64,000 bases of DNA, taken from Sphingomonadales bacterium (lineage in GTDB: Bacteria; Pseudomonadota; Alphaproteobacteria; Sphingomonadales; Sphingomonadaceae). The notes below the pieces were generated by a model. It saw only the letters and a list, made by a program, of their open reading frames with translations. It was not told the origin of the DNA and did not search any database. How positions within the stretch are numbered: the stretch's first letter is position 1; each line of letters opens with the position of its first letter. The stretch covers positions 12,673 to 76,672 of the forward strand of contig JANMDQ010000018.1 in the NCBI GenBank assembly GCA_031376385.1. Reading direction: 5' to 3'. The translations under genes and the position numbers were made by a program. Below, piece after piece: positions 55,413 to 61,372 of the stretch.

Positions 55413-55545
55413 GGCGCCCAAAACCCTTGGTCTTTTCGTCCGGCTCGGCGCTTTCTTCGCTGTCCAAGTCGGGCCGCAACATCAGGCGCACAGCGACGTA
55501 GAAGAGCAACGCGTGACTAAGCGCCAGAGAGAAAGTGTCGATCAT
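55405..55545 (-). CDS. 46-aa single-TM small protein (not in ORF track)
   Basis: Manual translation MIDTFSLALSHALLFYVAVRLMLRPDLDSEESAEPDEKTKGFGRRA; overlaps the ligase start by 8 nt. Confidence 0.7.
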   Translation of the reverse strand: MIDTFSLALSHALLFYVAVRLMLRPDLDSEESAEPDEKTKGFGRRA

Positions 55546-55608
55546 TGGCCTGCATTAGCAACAGTCGGTTGACGTGACGTTAAGTTTAACTGTGCAAATG
55601 CAATCCGC

Positions 55609-56814
55609 ATGACGCTTCGCATTCTCCATGTTCTGGATCACAGCCTTCCGCTGCACAGCGGCTACACCTTTCGCACTCGCGCGATAATGAAGGCCCAGCA
55701 AGCGCGCGGTTGGGACGTTGTGGGTGCTACAAGCGTGCGCCACAGCGCGAAAGGGCCACCCTGCGAAGAGGTGGACGGGCTCACATTCTACCGCACTGAT
55801 CCCATCAAGTCCGCGCCAAGCCCTCTCGGCGAATGGCGCGAGATTGCGGCCCTTGCAGCTTCGATAAAGCGCGTCGCGGCGGTGTTTAAGCCGGATATCA
55901 TTCATGCGCATTCGCCTGTGCTGACCGCTCTAGGCGCGATGAAAGCCGCTGTTCCTGACGTGCCACTGCTGTATGAAATTCGTGCCTTTTGGGAGGATGC
56001 CGCCGTTGGCAATGGCACAGGCACAGAAGGATCAATCAAATACCGCCTGACCAAAGCGATCGAAACATGGACCGTGCGCCGCGCGGATGCGGTCGCGGTC
56101 ATTTGCGAAGGCCTGCGGGGCGATTTGATCAAGCGTGGCATTGATCCCGACAAGATCATGGTTTCCCCGAACGGCGTTGATCTGGACCTTTTTGGCGATC
56201 CGCCCCCTGCCGATCTGGCGCTACAAGCGAAACTGGGCCTCACCGGTGCTGAAGTCATTGGCTTTGTCGGCAGCTATTATGACTATGAAGGGTTAGATGA
56301 TCTGATCGCTGCCATGCCTGCACTTGTCGCATCGCGACCATCGCTTCACCTTTTGCTTGTTGGCGGCGGTCCGATGGAGGCGGCGCTCAAAGCTCTCTCT
56401 TCAGCTCCGGGTTTGTCTGACCGTATCCATTTCGTCGGTCGTGTGCCCCATGAGGAGGTCGAGCGCTATTACGGCCTGATCGATATCCTTGTTTACCCGC
56501 GCAAGAAAATGCGGCTGACCGATTTGGTGACACCGCTGAAGCCTCTGGAGGCGATGGCGCAGATGCGGCTAGTGGCAGCGTCTGACATTGGCGGCCACCG
56601 CGAACTGATCAAAGACGGCGTCACTGGCACTTTATTTGCGCCTGACAGCCCGCAGCAACTGGCAGAATCAGTCGCCGAAATGTTCACCCACCGCGATTTG
56701 TGGCCGGAACGACGCGAAACCGCCCGCAAATATGTTGAACAGGATCGTAACTGGTCGTCAAACATTTCGCGTTATGAACCCATCTACCGGAAATTGACCG
56801 GCAAGTCTGTTTAG
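55609..56814 (+). CDS. GT4 glycosyltransferase, TIGR04063-like (PEP-CTERM/XrtA system)
   Basis: LHVLDHSLPLHSGYTFRT, YEIRAFWEDA, PLKPLEAM, SDIGGHREL. Confidence 0.88.
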   Translation: MTLRILHVLDHSLPLHSGYTFRTRAIMKAQQARGWDVVGATSVRHSAKGPPCEEVDGLTFYRTDPIKSAPSPLGEWREIAALAASIKRVAAVFKPDIIHAHSPVLTALGAMKAAVPDVPLLYEIRAFWEDAAVGNGTGTEGSIKYRLTKAIETWTVRRADAVAVICEGLRGDLIKRGIDPDKIMVSPNGVDLDLFGDPPPADLALQAKLGLTGAEVIGFVGSYYDYEGLDDLIAAMPALVASRPSLHLLLVGGGPMEAALKALSSAPGLSDRIHFVGRVPHEEVERYYGLIDILVYPRKKMRLTDLVTPLKPLEAMAQMRLVAASDIGGHRELIKDGVTGTLFAPDSPQQLAESVAEMFTHRDLWPERRETARKYVEQDRNWSSNISRYEPIYRKLTGKSV

Positions 56815-56823
56815 GAGCCAGCA

Positions 56824-57774
56824 ATGGCAAAGCGTTTCAAAGATGTACCCAATGTGCCGTTCGCGCCGGTGGCCGCCGTGCTGTTCGCGCTGGTCGTAAC
56901 CGCGCTGATGTTTGCGACGCCAGCTTGGCGGCTCGAACGGCTCGTGACCTTTACGGGCCTGTCCGACATTCTTTCGGCTGCGCGTCCGCCACTGGGTGAT
57001 ACAGCGCGCACTTTGATGGCCATCACATCGGGCCTTTTCACCTTCATTTTCCTATGGGCTGTTCTGCGACCGCTTGAAAAGCTCATTCACAATCGCGGCA
57101 GGGGGGCTCTCACGCGCTCTTACACTTTCGGAACGAAGCAAAACGTGGAAACTGCCCCGGTAGCTGCCAACACCAATGCTCCATCGCGCAAGCCGATTTT
57201 TGCAGCGGGAGATTTGGGTGCGCCGCTCATGTCAGATGCGGCTTTGTCCTCCGGGGGGGAGCTGTTTCTTGATGCCGCGATGATTGATGCACCTCTACCC
57301 GGCTCAAACTCAATTCCCGTTGACGCTGAATTACTGCATGATCATCTGCCTGCCGATGATATTCAGCAAATACCTTCGATACTGATCGACACGCCTGAAC
57401 CGGTTGTGGCGGAAACCGAAGTCGCTGCGTTCGAACCAGCCCCACAAGAAACAGTCATTGAATGGCTGTCGCCCGAAAAAGTGGCTGTGCCTGAAATCAT
57501 CGCCCATGAAGTTGCTGAGCCGCTGATGGAACCTTTTGTAGCGCCAGCGCCTGAAGTGGTTCATCCTTCGCCTGCAGAACCTGAGCCGATCTTTCCAGAA
57601 CCTGTATCTGCCGCTGTGCCAGAGCCCACCCTTCGCGAATTGCTTGTGAAGTTTGAGGCTGCGTTGAAGAGGCGTGAAGCCGTGGCAGGTCAGGACCGCG
57701 GTCCGTCGGCACAGATGCCTGAAACCACGGCCCAGTCTTTGCGAGATTTACTGGCCCATGGTCGCTTACGCTGA
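56824..57774 (+). CDS. Membrane-anchored hypothetical protein with acidic Pro/Glu-rich region
   Basis: Two N-terminal hydrophobic segments, PPLGDTAR and PIFA..DLG motifs, low-complexity middle, short C-terminal helices. Confidence 0.7.
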   Translation: MAKRFKDVPNVPFAPVAAVLFALVVTALMFATPAWRLERLVTFTGLSDILSAARPPLGDTARTLMAITSGLFTFIFLWAVLRPLEKLIHNRGRGALTRSYTFGTKQNVETAPVAANTNAPSRKPIFAAGDLGAPLMSDAALSSGGELFLDAAMIDAPLPGSNSIPVDAELLHDHLPADDIQQIPSILIDTPEPVVAETEVAAFEPAPQETVIEWLSPEKVAVPEIIAHEVAEPLMEPFVAPAPEVVHPSPAEPEPIFPEPVSAAVPEPTLRELLVKFEAALKRREAVAGQDRGPSAQMPETTAQSLRDLLAHGRLR

Positions 57775-58044
57775 CTCGACGGTCAGAGCCTCCACCATGA
57801 TGCGCATGGCGGGCCCCGTTAGATCAAGACGCGCCGTAATATCGGCCAGCAGGTGACCGCTGAGTGTGAAGACAGCCTCTGATATCGCGTCCAATTTGCC
57901 TTGTATGCAGCCATTTGGCGCAATCCGTTCAATCGTGACTTCATGCCTGGCCCCCGAAAATGTGATGCTGGCCCATGGGGTGTGGCGACTACCCACCAGC
58001 GCAAATTTGTCGCGACCAAAATAGCCTAGGATGACCGCTATCAG
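57766..58044 (-). CDS. Hypothetical protein (WASITFSGARH motif); start codon uncertain
   Basis: Frame open 57766-58257; plausible folded part begins near DPSRQL; candidate starts ATG 58257, CTG 58044, GTG 57996. Confidence 0.6.
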   Translation of the reverse strand: MIAVILGYFGRDKFALVGSRHTPWASITFSGARHEVTIERIAPNGCIQGKLDAISEAVFTLSGHLLADITARLDLTGPAMRIMVEALTVESA

Positions 58045-58253
58045 TTGACGGCTGGGGTCTCCTTGGCCTGTGGGCGGTCTTGAGCGCTGGCGACTAGATA
58101 AGCCTCGATCCTTATTCGCAAGCGCGGCCCCGGCTGTCGGCCGTTCCGCAAATCCTTCATCAGATTGGGGTCTCGCGCCACGCGACGACCAAATTGGCAG
58201 GGGCGTTCCCTGCTGTCTTTCAGGTGTTGCTCGATTCGCTTCAACAAAATCAT
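58041..58253 (-). CDS. Cro-like small HTH protein
   Basis: 70 aa, LLKRIEQHL...FGRRVARDPNLMKDLRNGRQP; GGAG SD 6 nt before ATG; divergent from the CI-like repressor. Confidence 0.72.
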   Translation of the reverse strand: MILLKRIEQHLKDSRERPCQFGRRVARDPNLMKDLRNGRQPGPRLRIRIEAYLVASAQDRPQAKETPAVN

Positions 58254-58281
58254 ACATGTCTCCATTCCTTCTTCGACTCGT

Positions 58282-58296
58282 GTTCTAGGAATGTTC
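58282..58296. promoter_or_regulatory. Alphaproteobacterial LexA (SOS) box
   Basis: Exact GTTC-N7-GTTC (gttc taggaat gttc), about 30 bp upstream of the Cro-like start. Confidence 0.7.
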
Positions 58297-58350
58297 CTAT
58301 CTCAACATGATTTTCCTACTTGTCTAGGAATATTCTTATCGCTATAGGAT
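58286..58350. promoter_or_regulatory. Operator array of TAGGAA/TTCCTA half-sites
   Basis: TAGGAA-tg-TTCCTA (58286-58299), TTCCTA (58313-58318), TAGGAA-ta-TTCTTA (58325-58338), TAGGAT (58345-58350). Confidence 0.7.
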
Positions 58351-58354
58351 TTTT

Positions 58355-58996
58355 ATGGATAATGTTCGTGAAACGCTGGACCGGTTGATCCGGGAGCAAG
58401 GAGATGACTATGCGTCTATCTCGCGCCTATTGGGTCGTAATGCAGCTTATGTGCAGCAGTTCATCCGTCGGGGAACGCCCCGCAAACTGGATGAAGATGA
58501 CCGCCGCCTGCTCGCGCGCTATTTTGGCGTTGATGAAGGTGTGCTGGGTGGTTTTGGCGCCCCTGTTGTTGCCGCAAAATTTCCTCTGAAACTTGTTCCG
58601 CGCTACGCCCTCGGTGCGTCGGCGGGGCCAGGCAGTCTGCCAGAGGATGAGGCCGCCATGGGCCAAATTGCCTTTGATCCCAAATGGCTCCGCACGCTGG
58701 GCGTATCCGCCACAGTCCTCTCAATGATCCGTGTCACAGGTGACTCTATGATGCCCACCCTGTCTGACGGGGATGAGATCATGGTCGACAGCAGTGACGC
58801 GGCGGAGGCGGTGCGCGATGGTATTTATGTGCTGCGGATGGATGATGCCCTGATCGTGAAGCGGATTGCCCCGAATCCCGCGACGCGGCGCTTTGCCATT
58901 CGCAGCGATAACCCGGCCTATCCCGATTGGCCCGATTGTGATCCTGCTGCCGTTATCATCATTGGCCGCGTCGTCTGGGCTGGGCGCAAGCTTTAG
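58355..58996 (+). CDS. CI/LexA-like repressor (HTH + S24 peptidase)
   Basis: N-terminal HTH (ASISRLLGRN.AY.QQFI.RG.P), ASAG cleavage-type site, GDSM catalytic Ser, VKR catalytic Lys. Confidence 0.93.
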   Translation: MDNVRETLDRLIREQGDDYASISRLLGRNAAYVQQFIRRGTPRKLDEDDRRLLARYFGVDEGVLGGFGAPVVAAKFPLKLVPRYALGASAGPGSLPEDEAAMGQIAFDPKWLRTLGVSATVLSMIRVTGDSMMPTLSDGDEIMVDSSDAAEAVRDGIYVLRMDDALIVKRIAPNPATRRFAIRSDNPAYPDWPDCDPAAVIIIGRVVWAGRKL

Positions 58997-59084
58997 GGTC
59001 AACACTTTATTCACTTAAAAAAATGGCGATGCCTTAGGCACTTCAGGTTAGTACGAAGGCACAATGGAATGTAAGGGTAGCGAC

Positions 59085-59297
59085 ATGACGGAATCTGCAC
59101 TCACGGTGAATCGCACCTCTGCGGATTTGGCAACAGAGATGATGGCTCTGTTCGGGAATGAGGCAGGCGGAGAGGCTGCTCGCCGCGCCAACTACTCCCG
59201 CAATTCTGGTAATGTCGTCGGCTATTGCGCATGGCGTCAGGCGCAGCGGCTTATCATTATTCTGGGGGCTGATGTGTCTGCGGGCACAATTCATTAA
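59085..59297 (+). CDS. Small helical hypothetical protein
   Basis: 70 aa: FG..AG.EAA.RA..SR..GN...YC.WRQ..RLI..L...GTIH; co-oriented downstream of the repressor. Confidence 0.6.
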   Translation: MTESALTVNRTSADLATEMMALFGNEAGGEAARRANYSRNSGNVVGYCAWRQAQRLIIILGADVSAGTIH

Positions 59298-59389
59298 ACT
59301 ATGATTGAACATATTTCGCTCTGGCGAGTTTAGGGCTGTGGTCGGCGATTAGCGCTGGCGACTGCGAGACCCACCAGCTAAGGCGAGCC

Positions 59390-61372
59390 ATGTTCAGTAT
59401 AGCCCACTGCACCGCGACGGTGGCAGTGATATTGTCAATTTGTCCGTTGCCCAACCAAGGCTTGGCCATGGCACAGCAGCCTGCGCCAACGGAATCCGCA
59501 CAGCCCGCGCCTTCTGCTCCGCCTGCACTTGAACCTGAAACGCCAATGGCAGACTTGCCCGATATCGGCGTGAATTGGCCCGATATGTCAGCGCCTGCCG
59601 CGTCGGAAGCCCCCGAAACTATTACAACAACTGATGCAACTGACAGCGGGGAACGCAAATATTCTTTCACGATTGAAGGCGCAGACAAATTAAGCGCTGT
59701 GCCTCTTAAGGAGCGATTTAGTGCGCTGTCTGCGCTTAAAGCTGGGCAAAAAGACCGGGCCAATACCGCCCAGATTGACCGCCGGGTCCGCGAAGATCGG
59801 GATTTGCTGGAACAGATTTTGAAAACATCGGGCTATTATGATCCCGATGTGGAATCGATCGTCGAAAGCAGCGGGACAGGGGACATACTGGTCCGCTTCA
59901 TCGTGAATGCGGGGCCGCTCTACCGGTTTGACAGTGTGCGCGTGGACGGCCTTGAAGGCACAGGCGTCAAAGCGCCCGAACTTGAAGCGACCTTTGGTGT
60001 GGCTGCTGAAGATGCAGTGGATGCTGATGATGTGGTTGCAGGGCGTGATGCGCTGGAAAAGACGCTGAAGGACGGCGGCTATCCCTTTGCCAAAGTGTCT
60101 GAGCCAGAAGTGGTGGTGGATCATGATGCGCGGTCAGGGGTGCTCGCCATGAATGTCGAAACCGGCGGACTGCGCAATTTCGGCGCGATAAAAATTACAT
60201 CCGCCAATCCGCCCTTTGATGCCAAACATGTAGGTGTAATTGCCAGGTTCAAGGCCGGGCAGCCTTTTGATCAAACTAAGATTGAGGATTTGCGCCGTGC
60301 ACTGGTGGCAACGGGCATTGTTGGCAGCGTCGCGATCACGCCGGTTCCGGCCGCTGATGTGACAGCGGCAGACATACAAGTGGCCCTGGAAAAGGCCCCC
60401 CTTCGCACCATCGCAGGTGAAATTGGTTATGATACTGGCGAAGGCATCCGTGCGGAGATTAATTGGACGCACCGAAACTTCATCAAACCTGAAGGGGCGC
60501 TTACTCTGCGCGGCGTGGCCGGAACGCAGGAACAGTTGGCAGGCATCATCCTGCGCCAATCGAACTTTCGCAAACGTGATCATGTATTGAATGCAGCGCT
60601 GCTCGTCAGCAATCTGAACCGTAACGCTTTTGATGCGCGGACAGTGGAATTGTCGGCCAGTCTTGGGCGGCAATCCAACATCATTTGGCAAAAGCGCTGG
60701 ACGTGGAGTGGGGGGATCGAGCTGCTCGCCACTGACGAACGCGATATGACGCGCGGCTTGCTTGCCGGTCGCACGACTTTCCTGATTGCTGCAGTACCGC
60801 TTTCAATCGGCTATGACCGTTCCAATGATTTGCTTAACCCCACAAAGGGCTTTCGCCTTTCAGCCCGAGTATCGCCTGAGATATCGCTGAGGAATGGAAC
60901 GAACAGTTATTTGCGCACACAAATTGATGGCAGTGCTTATCTGCCATTCGGAGACAGGCTTGTCATTGCTGCGCGCGCACGAATGGGTTCTATCTTTGGG
61001 GCGGATACGTTCAGCTTGGCACCGTCACGTCGTTTCTATTCCGGTGGCGGTGGATCAGTGCGGGGCTATGGCTATCAAAGCATTGGCCCGCGTGATGCAT
61101 TTAACGACCCTGTTGGTGGCCGCAGCTTGGCGGAATTCGGTTTGGAAGCGCGGATACGGTTTGGTGATTTTGGCGTGGTGCCGTTCATTGATGGCGGCAG
61201 TATTTACGATACCCGCATCCCCAAATTCTCTGACTTTCGCTTAGGCGCTGGCATCGGTGGGCGTTATTATTCCAGCTTTGGCCCGATCCGCATTGACGTC
61301 GGCACCCCGATCAACCCGCGCAAAGGGGATCCAAAACTAACGGTGTTTGTCTCATTGGGTCAGGCATTTTGA
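59390..61372 (+). CDS. tamA: Translocation and assembly module TamA (Omp85 family)
   Basis: Signal region, POTRA-like repeats, RFYSGGGGSVRGY, C-terminal GPIR.D...SLGQAF. Confidence 0.93.
   Translation: MFSIAHCTATVAVILSICPLPNQGLAMAQQPAPTESAQPAPSAPPALEPETPMADLPDIGVNWPDMSAPAASEAPETITTTDATDSGERKYSFTIEGADKLSAVPLKERFSALSALKAGQKDRANTAQIDRRVREDRDLLEQILKTSGYYDPDVESIVESSGTGDILVRFIVNAGPLYRFDSVRVDGLEGTGVKAPELEATFGVAAEDAVDADDVVAGRDALEKTLKDGGYPFAKVSEPEVVVDHDARSGVLAMNVETGGLRNFGAIKITSANPPFDAKHVGVIARFKAGQPFDQTKIEDLRRALVATGIVGSVAITPVPAADVTAADIQVALEKAPLRTIAGEIGYDTGEGIRAEINWTHRNFIKPEGALTLRGVAGTQEQLAGIILRQSNFRKRDHVLNAALLVSNLNRNAFDARTVELSASLGRQSNIIWQKRWTWSGGIELLATDERDMTRGLLAGRTTFLIAAVPLSIGYDRSNDLLNPTKGFRLSARVSPEISLRNGTNSYLRTQIDGSAYLPFGDRLVIAARARMGSIFGADTFSLAPSRRFYSGGGGSVRGYGYQSIGPRDAFNDPVGGRSLAEFGLEARIRFGDFGVVPFIDGGSIYDTRIPKFSDFRLGAGIGGRYYSSFGPIRIDVGTPINPRKGDPKLTVFVSLGQAF

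Noticed and set aside
57766-59297. Intact prophage at the CI/Cro locus
   Set aside because: No integrase, att duplication, replication, packaging or structural genes; flanks are chromosomal genes.
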